Origin: Octopus sinensis | Lineage: Eukaryota | Direction: 5' to 3' | Length of the DNA: 64,000 bases | Assembly (NCBI RefSeq): GCF_006345805.1 | Contig: NW_021832223.1 | Coordinates: forward strand, 124,001-188,000 | In this document: positions 26,811 through 38,639 of the stretch, piece after piece | Position numbering within the stretch: the stretch's first letter is position 1 | Layout of the letters: each line of letters opens with the position of its first letter | Made by a program: the position numbers and the translations under genes | Notes under the pieces: generated by a model | What the model was told of the DNA's origin: nothing | Databases searched by the model: none | The model's input: the letters and a program-made list of their open reading frames with translations, nothing else

Positions 26811-27249
26811 TTTGGATGTGATAAAACGAAAACATTTTACGTATTTGAAGTAGTGGCAAATAAAAACGTATTTTTTGGTAAATTGTGCACAATACTAGTT
26901 TGACCATTTTTTAATGTATTTGATAAAATCTACTATAGTCATTTATTTAAGATGTCGGACATGAAAACTTTCCGGAAGCAAAAGTAAGACATTTTTAATA
27001 TAAAACTATTATTATTTTAAGCACAAACGCGATGCCATCGGTCATGGCAAAGCATCTGCAACACAATAAATCAGTTCTCTGAACAGCTTTCTTTATTTCT
27101 GGCGATTTTGCAACATGTCGAGATTTCCTCAATCATTAAGGCGTTTCACAATTTTTCTGAGGTTAAGAGTAACTACCAATTACGTTTTCAAACCTTTTTA
27201 GATAAATAAGGTTAATTTAAAATGACTCATTCGGACCAGAAGCGAAAAC

Positions 27250-28620
27250 ATAATTAGTTTCATTAACGGTTTAACCACTCCGAAGGAGAAGTGGTTTCCA
27301 TTTATCCTGTTCTTTGTACGCCAACTGTCCCATGTAATCTCTTTAAAACAATCACAACCAGTTTATGATCACTGCTTGTTTCAAGACCATCATAGGATCT
27401 CGCATCTGACAATATGTTTTTCATAATTCTTCTGCATATGATGTAGTCAATCTGGTTATAAATCGGGTAAATGTTCCCGTTTTTGTCTTTTCTTGCTCCT
27501 TTCCAGGTAGTTTTATGCCTTGCTCAGTGGTCGAAAGCGGTGTTCGATATGAATAGGTCAAATGCCAAACATAATGGAATTAAGGACTCTCCGCAAGAGT
27601 TTCTGCGATTTCTCCCATGCGACCCAATGCAGGTCTCTCCAAACCGGGCTCTCCCTGCTCTGGCGTTCCAATCGCCAGCAATAAAAATTTTATATGACGA
27701 CAGGGAGTTATATGTCTCCGTAAGGGTGGAATAAAATTCGTCCAGCTCTTCAGGATTGGAGTTAACTCTCGCTCCCGTTGGCGCATATATGTTGATAATT
27801 GATATAATCGAATTAGGTTTGTCTCCAAACTTCATCTGCATAACTGCAACACGATCAGAAACCGCCCATGTTCTAGTCACGAAATTGTATAAATGACCGA
27901 GAGGACCTCCTGGCAACCTGAGGCCGATTATTCTGCTATCGACATTGAGAAAGACATTATCGCTAATTATACTGACCCGAATAGATGACCGAGTAAACAG
28001 TTTTCTATCCCATGGACAAAGTGGATTCAGGGAGGGAAGATCAACGGCTGATGTAATTTGGACATACAGATGGACTGGTGCCCTGTGCCAAAAATATAAA
28101 AAGTGTAACAACTCGTTTGTATTGCCAATCCTTACTTACAACTGTGGAACCTGAGGACTCACAAAACTGGAAAATCAGAAACTAGACAGTTTCCATTGAC
28201 CTCAATTACGTACAGCACTCAACATTCGCTACCCGCAGAAGATCACAAACGACAACCTATACAAATTATGCAACTCAGAAATTCTTTCGATCGAAATCCT
28301 GAAATCACGATGGAGGCAATTTGGCCACATTCTGCGGATGGACGTCGCCACTCTTGCTAACATTGCTATGGAAACATATTTCATGCAATGCGGAGACGCA
28401 TTCCGAGGAAGACCAAGGACAACACTTTTATCGGTGCTAAATCAGGATCTCAAAATTATTGGGAGGAAACTCGAAACTGCTGATGATCTCGACAACCTGA
28501 GAGAATTGGCAAAGAGGAGAGGCACCTGGAGAAGGTTGTGGGACAGTATTGTTGTTCACGCGGCACAAAAGAAGCTTAATTAGTTTAATGACTTCTCGGG
28601 AGTGCTTTTAATAATAATAA
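27250..28620. mobile_element. RTE-clade element with 5' inversion (APE on -, RT/C-terminus on +) and RT-core deletion
   Basis: Minus: SDRVAV..INIYAPT..GDWNAR..NTAFDH..YNQIDYII; plus from ~27897: GNLRPIILLSTLRK, QSGFREGRS, joined to LPILTYNCGT..RWRQFGHILR..GRPRTT; (TAA)n tail. Confidence 0.85.
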
Positions 28621-28786
28621 ATGTTTTTGGATTGTTCTAGAACTCTGAAATCCGAATTTTTGGCAACAGTATTTGATCCAGGTAATTACACGAAGTTTAT
28701 TTTTGGGCATTTTGAAAAGTACAAAAATTGAGAAAGTTTTGATGTCGTTAGAGATAAGTATAAAAATTGAATTTTTATTTCACAAG

Positions 28787-29391
28787 TCGTTTTGTGTGCG
28801 ATTCCGTCGAAGGGAAGAACTGCTACACCTCCTTTGCCGGAATGGACACAACCCAAGACAAAAAACAAAGCATTGTCAAGAAATGGCACGTTGGCTTTAT
28901 TTTGTTGATCTCCATTTAGACTTTTGTGGATGCCCACGCCTCCGCGAGTACAACCGACGGATATAAACTGCATTGCTTTATGGTGGGTTCTAAGGGGAGG
29001 AACAAGAACCAGATCAAAAAGACCAGTTATTGTCAGAGGAGGCTAGTAAAACGAATAAGGAAGGTGATGGTGGACACGATGACCAGAGGAATTGCGTCCT
29101 CCGACTTGGCTTCGTTTATCAAAATAATGTAATCTTCTGGTTTTGATTTTTAGTAAAGCAGAGGCGATGGCTAAGGATGTGATCAAAGGGACAGAGAGGA
29201 TCTATCTTTTGGGCGAAGTTCTGTTGACTAAAGTCAAGGTTTTAAAGCGACCTAAATATGACAGTTTTTGTTTTGGTTGAGTTGTAGAGTCTCAACTTGA
29301 ACAACTGTATTCGACTGGTGCTGAGGTTCAGCCTACAGTTGTGGATAGGCCTGTTGAGCACGTGGAGCCTCCCATTCTTGATAAGGTGTAA
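28787..29391 (+). CDS. RPS3A: 40S ribosomal protein S3a (eS1), C-terminal ~165 aa only; status uncertain
   Basis: VCDSVEGKNCYTSFAGMD..IVKKWH|TFVDAH..TTDGY..NQIKKTSY..KVKVLKRPKYD..VEPP; introns 28890-919, 29129-153, 29264-287; no recognisable N-terminus. Confidence 0.85.
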
Positions 29392-30007
29392 ATATTGTGA
29401 ACTTTTTTTTATTTTTAACGTTTTTTCCTTTTGTTTTTGCCTTAATAACATGTTGAAATTTTTAAAAATGACATTTTTTGGCTAAAATATTTGATTTTTA
29501 ATTTAATAAAATTTAACTTTTGGTAGCCAATCCATTTTTTATTTTTGCTTTGGACACATTAGCTACTTAGACTATCATGTCAGAAATTATTGTTTCATGT
29601 CGAATTTTACAAAAAGTATCAAATCCTAAAAACTATTTATTGTCAAAGGAAGAAAACAAAAATGTGGTGGACTAAATACCTCTGGTTATTGTCATTCTTC
29701 AATAGAGTCATTTGTTTTAAGACCAGCAATGTTTGCTGCATCAAAACGATTCTATAATTGATTGACAGAAAGAATCTTCAGTCCATGTAAAAGTCATTAC
29801 TAGATCTTAAGACGAAAGGACTGTATGTGGTTGAGACTTATTTGAAAAAATTTTTGTTTTTAAAGTTTAACAAAGTTTATTTTAATTAAGATTACCGGTT
29901 TGTTATCTCTAATTTATTGACTATTAATTAAGTAAATAATTAAAAATTAACGTTGTCGTTTGTTGTTTTTTTTCGAAGTAACAACATTACTTTTAACGAA
30001 ACAAATA

Positions 30008-31760
30008 CAGTGAATCCTCGCAAATTGGCCACCTCGCAAATTGGCCAATTCTCAAATTGGCCACAATTTTTGAATTATTATTTTTTTTAATTAGAAAATA
30101 AACTATTTTTTTAATCACATGTCTTATAAAATTTCTCGTGGACGTTATACTCGGCTCACTTTTCTTGAAAAAACACAAATTATAAACTACAAGGAAGAAA
30201 ATGACAGTGTTTCGTGTCAGCTTCTGGCTGACAGATTCTCACATTTATTCCACAAGACGATCTCGAGAAAGACGATCAATAATCTACTGCTTAATAAAGA
30301 CTCTATTTTACGGGATTCGAAAATCTATCAAAATTCGTATAAAGCTGCTCACAAACCAAATTTCCTACGCTTGAAGAAAAATTGATCGAATGGATGGATA
30401 CAATAGAGTCTAAAGGTATTAATTGAAAACCAATTTTTAGGTGGTTTTTTGAATGATTCCTTAATATCGTGTAAGGCTGCGCATTTTGCCGAAGAGCTAC
30501 AACTTAGTAACTTTAAAAATTCTAATGGATTTCTGGCAAAATTCAAAAAGAGACACGGTTTTAGAATGCTAAAATTACATGGAGAGATGCGAACAGATAA
30601 AGTAGTTGACATTAATTCTTTTCGTGAAGAATTTAAAGAAATTTCTAAATCGTATAAGCCTGATCTAATTTATAATTTGGATGAAACTGCATTATACTAC
30701 AAGCTTATTCCATCGAAAAGCGTATGCAGAAACCGATTCCAAGGATACAAAAATTTTAAAGACCGTGTGTCTATTATGCTTTGTTCAAACATGACCGGAA
30801 GTCATAAATTGAAACCTGTGATGATTGGAAAACCAAAAATGCCTAGATGTTTTAAAAATTTTGACTATGGATGTCTTGTCTCATATTATAGCTCACAGAA
30901 AGCTTGGATGACTGGATCTATTTTATTGATTGGATTATTAGCTTTGATCTCCAGCTTAAAATTAAAAAGAAGAAAATTTTATTGCTAATAGACCACTGTC
31001 CTGCACATTCTATTCCTCAAAACTTGGATTGTATTAAGATTTTATTTTTTCCTAAAAATTCTACTGGATTACTACAACCAGTGTATATTAGAATTATAAA
31101 AACCTTCAAGACTCATTTCATGAGAAGAAAGCTACAGTAATTAACTGATTTGCTGGAGACTGAAAATATTTCTGTATACAATTCATACAAAAAATTGACA
31201 TTAAAAGATGCAATTTTGTTTGTTAATATGGCTTGGGATGACGTATCTACTGAAACTATTCAAAATTGTTTTAAGATTTTAAATGAATCTAATCACGAAA
31301 ATACATTAATTGAACATTATGAGACTGAAATTGAAAGAACTGACATTTTCGATCCTCTAATGAGCGAAGATTTTCTAAATATCGAAAACACAGAAGATCA
31401 AGATATAAACGAAAATTGTTTACAAGAGGATCAAGAGTCTGAAATTAGCGACGAAGAGACAAAAATCATATATCCACTCGATAGAAAAGATATTGCAAAG
31501 ACATTAACTAGAATAGAAAGGCAACTTTACTGTAATGCAGAAAATGAGAATGATGTTTCGCTGATTACTGCAATAAGAAAATACAAAGAAAATGTAAAAA
31601 GAGCAAATAAAAAGGAATTAGGGATTGAATTTTATTTTAATAAAATTTAAACGTGTTTATTTTATTTTTTAAATATTGATTTTTTTCAAATTGGCCATTT
31701 TCTCAAATTGGCCATAAAATCTCTATGTACCAAAAATGGCCAATTTGCGAGGATTCACTG
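30008..31760 (+). mobile_element. pogo/Tigger DNA transposon, copy A (inactive)
   Basis: TIR cagtgaatcctcgcaaattgg, TA TSD; HTH plus DDE (NLDETAL, LLIDHCPAH, QPVY in place of QPxD); 25-nt intron 30416-30440. Confidence 0.93.
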
Positions 31761-31762
31761 TA

Positions 31763-32914
31763 CTAAAACCATTGTTCCAACAAATATTCCAACAAATATT
31801 CCAACAAATATTCCAACAAATATTTCAATTTGAATAAACTACTATTTTTTAAAATTTTACATACCCTTATCTTGTCTTTTTTATTGTTAGAATCTATAAA
31901 TTTATCATGATTTTCTTTTTCGCATATTCCAAAATTTAAAGAATTAGTATTCGGACTCCACGTTACATCACACGAAGATATTTTTGAAAAAGCTACTAAA
32001 ACCTTGCTTAGAGGTGCGTCAGAATAATTCTTAAAATTAGAATACCACAAAAATGCCATGTTTTTAAAAGTCTTCACCGATTCATATCTATAAAAAGTAT
32101 AAAAACACATCTACATTCCAATTAGCGAATCATGGACGATAGTCTCTAAATTAATTAGTAGATGAAATCTTACTTGAAATAAATTCATTTTCTAATGTCG
32201 AATCTATACTGATTGGATACGCATCAAACTCGGCGCATATATTTTTATACTTATTAAACCAGAAATATTCGTTTATTAGAATATATTCATGCTCCTCAAA
32301 ATGAAATTTATTTGTTGTTTCTTTTAAATTATGATGAATAAGTTTTTTAGGCTTGTCTATTTCAGAAAGTCGATAAGTTTCGACATTACTAGAAATGTTA
32401 TCTAAATTTAATCTATAAATTGACCTATTTCACAAACAATATTTCCATAAGACATAAATGAAAATACATGAAAGAAGAACCATTTTTGAGTACAATGATC
32501 AAGTTTTACTGCATTGTTTATATTTCCAATATTGACGTCACTAAGCATCCAGTTCGTATAAGTCTTTAAATAAACCAATAAAAAATTAACTAAAGATTCA
32601 TAATTAGCTATATTCACCAACGTAGAATCGTTAAATTTTTTTTGTATTCCAAGTACAATATTTTCACCACTTGCCCCTTATTTATCTTTATTTAAAAAAA
32701 CCAGCAAGAAATTGGTTTTCTTCTTCTGAATCTACAATTACTGGATAAGCAGCATATTTTCTGCATTCTGCAGAATACAATGAACCGGCCCGTCCATAAA
32801 GGAAAATATAAGTATGATTATTAAAATTAAGTTGTTTCCCTATATTTATATTCAAAAGATACGTTCTTGAAAACAAAAAACCGAAGAAATAAGTATGTAA
32901 TAATTTAACAGCAT
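31763..32914 (-). CDS. Secreted protein with two divergent C-type lectin-like domains; 3' end abuts pogo copy A
   Basis: Hydrophobic N-terminus MLLNYYILISSVFC; C..YAAYPVIVDSEEENQFL..YTNW..IVCE and IC..DAYPISIDSTLENEFI..YSNF..GICEK; six GT-AG introns of 23-28 nt keep the frame. Confidence 0.65.
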
Positions 32915-33417
32915 CACAGGGTGATTATAGCAACATATCTTTTTTCTGAATATATATATGTCCGATGTTTTGAGGTCAAATATTTAAATTCACGTCAAAT
33001 TCTTCGAATATTAACAAAATTCGAAGAATTTTACTGAAATATGCTGAAATGCACGTAAAGAGGAGACTGCGAAAATGTTCGAGTTATTACAAAAGAAAAT
33101 TTGCAAATTGAAAATTCTATTGCATTCTTATAGATATTTAAAGAATTACTTGATATAACACGTTCAAAACAATCAATGAGTATACCCTACACTCCATGTA
33201 ATAAAAAACCGGATTTTCAAGTTTCCATGTTTTCACTAGTATTTTTTTTTAATGTATATCAATTTTTAAATTACCTTTCAGCAATCGTTTGTTGTATCTT
33301 TTTACTATTTTTCAAATTATAATGTATATTTGAATAATTGATCTTGATAAAATCTTAGCGTGTATTAAAAAACCGGATTTTTTTGATTAGTCTGTTGCTA
33401 AGCCAATTTTTAGGTAT

Positions 33418-34050
33418 TTGAAAAAAATGCTTGATAAAATCACTAAAAGAAAGATTCTAGCACTTATTCAATTAAATTGGACACAAAAGAAGATTGTTGA
33501 GGAGCTGAATATTCCAACTTTGACTCTCAATGATTTTCTGAATAAGTTAAATAAAAAAGGGACTGTTGATCTTATACCTGGTTCTGGAAGACCCAAAAAG
33601 CTCTCTAACTCAGATATTTGTAAACTTGTCAACATTGTGAAAGAAAATCCAAAAAAACACTGGCCAACCTGAAAGAAGAAGTCTTCGATTTTACAGGAAA
33701 AGTTGTCTGCAAAAAAACAATAAGCAATTATCTACATGAAAATCACTACAAAGCATGTGTGTAAAAGAAAACCTTTCTTATCAAAAAAAATAGTGAAAAA
33801 CAATACGAGCTTTCAATAATCTTTTCTGCAATAAGCAATGAAACGTGGAGAACTGTTATATTTAGTGATGAGGCTTCCTTTAAAATTTTTTCATCTAAAA
33901 AAGAAAATTTTGCTTAAAAAAATACAGCCTTAAATTATGCCCATTTAACGCCAACTTTGAAGTTTGGTGATGGAAAAATTATGGCATGGGGTTGTATCTC
34001 CTATCAGGGGAATTTGGTTATAGTAAACGAAAAAATTAATTCTGCTGTAG
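33418..34050 (+). pseudogene. Tc1-like transposase fragment
   Basis: GSGRPKKLS, VIFSDEA, KFGDGKIMAWGCIS; truncated near pogo copy B. Confidence 0.8.
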
Positions 34051-34081
34051 TTTTTAAAGATATTTTTCTAAAAATTAATTA

Positions 34082-35891
34082 CAGTGAATCCTCGCAAATT
34101 GGCCATTTTTGGTACATAGAGATTTTATGGCCAATTTGAGAAAATGGCCAATTTGAAAAAAATCAATATTTAAAAAATAAAATAAACACGTTTAAATTTT
34201 ATTAAAATAAAATTCAATCCCTAATTCCTTTTTATTTGCTCTTTTTACATTTTCTTTGTATTTTCTTATTGCAGTAATCAGCGAACATCATTCTCATTTT
34301 CTGCATTACAGTAAAGTTGCCTTTCTATTCTAGTTAATGTCTTTGCAATATCTTTTCTATCGAGTGGATATATGATTTTTGTCTCTTCGTCGCTAATTTC
34401 AGACTCTTGATCCTCTTGTAAACAATTTTCGTTTATATCTTGATCTTCTGTGTTTTCGATATTTAGAAAATCTTCGCTCATTAGAGGATCGAAAATGTCA
34501 GTTCTTTCAATTTCAGTCTCATAATGTTCAATTAATGTATTTTCGTGATTAGATTCATTTAAAATCTTAAAACAATTTTGAATAGTTTCAGTAGATACGT
34601 CATCCCAAGCCATATTAACAAACAAAATTGCATCTTTTAATGTCAATTTTTTGTATGAATTGTATACAGAAATATTTTCAGTCTCCAGCAAATCAGTTAA
34701 TTACTGTAGCTTTCTTCTCATGAAATGAGTCTTGAAGGTTTTTATAATTCTAATATACACTGGTTGTAGTAATCCAGTAGAATTTTAGGAAAAAATAAAA
34801 TCTTAATACAATCCAAGTTTTGAGGAATAGAATGTGCAGGACAGTGGTCTATTAGCAATAAATTTTCTTCTTTTTAATTTTAAGCTGGAGATCAAAGCTA
34901 ATAATCCAATCAATAAAAATAGATCCAGTCATCCAAGCTTTCTGTGAGCTATAATATGAGACAAGACATCCATAGTCAAAATTTTTAAAACATCTAGGCA
35001 TTTTTGGTTTTCCAATCATCACAGTTTCAATTTATGACTTCCGGTCATGTTTGAACAAAGCATAATAGACACACGGTCTTTAAAATTTTTGTTATCCTTG
35101 GAATCGGTTTCTGCATACGCTTTTCGATGGAATAAGCTTGTAGTATAATGCAGTTTCATCCAAATTATAAATTAGATCAGGCTTATACGATTTAGAAATT
35201 TCTTTAAATTCTTCACGAAAAGAATTAATGTCAACTACTTTATCTGTTCGCATCTCTCCATGTATTTTAGCATTCTAAAACCGTGTCTCTTTTTGAATTT
35301 TGCCAGAAATCCATTAGAATTTTTAAAGTTACTAAGTTGTAGCTCTTCGGCAAAATGCGCAGCCTTACACGATATTAAGGAATCATTCAAAAAACCACCT
35401 AAAAATTGGTTTTCAATTAATACCTTTAGACTATTGTATCCATCCATTCGATCAATTTTCTTCAAGCGTAGGAAATTTTGGTTTGTGAGCAGCTTTATAC
35501 GAATTTTGATAGATTTTCGAATCCCGTAAAATAGAGTCTTTATTAAGCAGTAGATTATTGATCGTCTTTCTCGAGATCGTCTTGTGGAATAAATGTGAGA
35601 ATGTCAGCCAGAAGCTGACACGAAACACTGTCATTTTCTTCCTTGTAGTTTATAATTTGTGTTTTTTCAAGAAAAGTGAGCCGAGTATAACGTCCACGAG
35701 AAATTTTATAAGACATGTGATTAAAAAAATAGTTTATTTTCTAATTAAAAAAAATAATTCAAAAATTGTGGCCAATTTGAGAATTGGCCAATTTACTAAG
35801 AAAATTAATTTTTTTCTTAGTAAATTGTGAAAAAATTGGCCAATTTAAAATTGGCCAATTTGCGAGGTGGCCAATTTGCGAGGATTCACTG
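34082..35891 (-). mobile_element. pogo/Tigger DNA transposon, copy B, inverted relative to copy A
   Basis: Near-identical to copy A including the QPVY change, the premature TAA and the 25-nt intron (35399-423); TA TSD; extra ~57-bp hairpin-containing subterminal segment. Confidence 0.93.
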
Positions 35892-35909
35892 TATGTAAAT
35901 TCTATCTTA

Positions 35910-38460
35910 AATTATTCAAGAATCCAGATCGTCAGTGATTTCTCTTCTTCGCTTGGAAGAAGAGTTTGCAACAAAATTCTCATCATTTTCCATTTCTGCG
36001 TCAAAGTAATTGTTCAACTGAGTGTCCTCACGACATGCCAGCTCCGCAAGTTGATTGGCGGCAGAGGCGTACTCCTCGTTATCTACCTTCATCCCATGTC
36101 TGTGTTCAATAAGCATACTCTCTAGAGTCCTCTTCAGCACAACCGACTGGATGTATGTCCTCGTTCCTTCTTCAATGGATAACTTGTCCATATGACTTTT
36201 AAAGAACTTTGAGACAACTCCATCCATGTCAAGACAATTGGAATAATCTTCACTTTTGCTTCATAGAGAACCGACAGTTCGTTTGCAAGCAGGTCATATT
36301 TGTGAAATTTCTCCACTTCAACTTGCTTTTAAACGGTCTTGCAAGGTAACTCCCACTTCGATTAAATGAATTTCTCTTTTCCTTGTCATAAACGAAGATA
36401 TCAGTTTATTGAATTGAACCTTTCTTTCAGTCATAATTGACGTGTCAACTCCGATTTCGACATTTTGGGTCGACATTGTTGACACGACTGAATGTCCTTT
36501 CAATTTCCTGCTTCGTTTTATTCCATACATTCGACACAAGTGGAGATGAATACACTTTACACTTCGTTGTGTCTTCGGAGATAATCACTGTTTAGCATCC
36601 TACCACACCGCGTGGCTAGATGGTCAACAGTCTGCCTGCTTTTTGTTGCAGTGGACACATAGTGATCCCGTGTATGCAAAGAACAAATCCTATCTTGCAA
36701 AAGACAGTACAATGCTTCGCTTCGTGGACCATTGTTCCTTTCGATAGCCATTGCGAAGAAGTAGATATGTCGACATCTGATTCCTCCATACATTTGAACA
36801 TCACCGAGTGTAGTGATTTACTGTTAATTCGGTTAAGCAAGAGTTTCCTTTGTGCGTCCTTCAGTAACTCAATGGTCAGATTTTCCCTGCCGACAGCTGC
36901 ATATTTGGAGACAAGAAATTCTGCGATTGTGGCTAAGTGCCATTTTTTTCCTTTTATTACTCGCAGAATACCCGACCTCCGCAGACAGGTAGTCGACTGT
37001 TTTTCCAAACTTTTAAGAAACTGGAAGAGTATTAATTTGCTTTTGAAAGAAATTGATGCAAGTCCTCTTCCAAGGGTTTTGCGGTCCAAATACAACCTCT
37101 CCTTATTTGTAGGCTAGAGGTGTAACTCGAGAGTCGTAAATAATCGGCGTATTTGTTGGTCAATCTCATCAAATTCGTAAGGTTCGATATTGATTAGCCC
37201 AATATAATAATTATATAGGGATAATGCCAGTTTGGCATTAACACATTTGGTGACAAATTTATACAAAGTTGGCATACACGTTATAGGGCGTAAGTCCTTC
37301 GGGGTCTCACACTCACTTTTTTTAGGGATTAAGTAAGTTACGCCAGTGTAAAACCAGCTATCAGGCGTGTACTCTCCATTAATTATTCGGACTATCTCTT
37401 TACACAGAAACCCATGCAAAGAATCCATCTTCTTTAAGAAAAAAGTTATACGTTCCGTCGCATCCGCATGCCTTCCAGTCAGGTGCATATTTGAGCATAT
37501 CCATAATAAAATCACTTGTGAATTGAGGTCGCATGGTTTCACCGCCAGTACACCTCACACCCACAAAATCATAAACTACGGGCCCCATATTTTCTTGCTC
37601 CAGACATCTTCCCAAAATGACAATCACTCACCATCACCAAACCCATACAGGGTGGCTTCGTTGCTCGAAGATAAGTTTCGATAAAATCTTCTGCGGTTTA
37701 ATTCAAAACACGCATTGTCTTTCCGGAAATTTTTCCTCGAGGAATGGATAGATATCTGTTTCTTTTTGATTCTAATTAGATCATTCAATAGAGTCTCAAT
37801 TCTGGTTAGCTCCCCCTCTTAGACTTTTTATATCCGTAGCGGCAGAGAACATCCATTGCCTTTTGCTTTTCTGCCTGAGGCAAGGTTTGTTTGGAGAAGG
37901 AACGAACTGTGTCAATTTCATCTGCTAATTAGAGATTTTTCTTTCCGTGTTTTCCAACCATGTGCTCTGTGCTCTGGCTCTCGTAGTTAAGGCCAAATAA
38001 GCACACTGTGCAGCATATAGAATATCGGTAATTTGATTAATATCTTGGGGCGAATCATCTTTTGTAATATGATAAATTGCAGAATTTAATCCAGCCAGGA
38101 TATCAGTTTTTACCATCCTTCGCTGCACCTTTGGAGTTGGCTTTCGAGAGTCTCTCTGAATAGACTGAACTTTCCCAATTTGGAATTTGAGTTCCTCTAG
38201 GCAATTTCTGAAACTGGAAATTTCTACGTCCACATCATCTTGCACTCTGGAAGAGTCGCATCTCCCTTGCACATTGTTATTCCGTCTAGCCATGCTCTTT
38301 AGTTGGCATAAACTGGAGCACTTTGCCGAGTACTTCTCACTGAACTTCTCAAGGACAAGGTTCCAACCACCTCTTGGCATCCTTCCAAGTCTTTGCTTCG
38401 CGGCAAGGGCAAAAAAAATTTTGTGATCTGTGATTGCACATTCTGTCAAAGTCAAATATG
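35910..38460 (-). mobile_element. R4/Dong-like non-LTR element with in-frame deletion of the RT core
   Basis: KDLRPITCMPTLYKFVTKCVNAK joined to LALSLYNYYIG; LYLDRKTLGRGL, TVDHLATRC, EKFHKYDLLANEL. Confidence 0.82.
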
Positions 38461-38639
38461 ATAATAGCTTTAATTTTGATTCATGGTCGATAATGATATA
38501 TGCATTTAATTTTTAAGAGAAAATCATAGGATGAATTGAATTTCTTTATCGCGAATAATTAGGAGTTCATCATTGTTAATATTCTCGCTGTCGTTTTCAT
38601 CAAGGATATTCTTAATACGTGAGATTTTTGCCTCGAAGG

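Noticed and set aside
28673-28786. Upstream ORF as a diverged RPS3A N-terminus
   Set aside because: Only spacing-level resemblance, far weaker than the downstream exons, and out of frame
29640-29830. Hsp70/Hsp110-like DAANIAGL fragment on minus
   Set aside because: One short motif with no reconstructable frame
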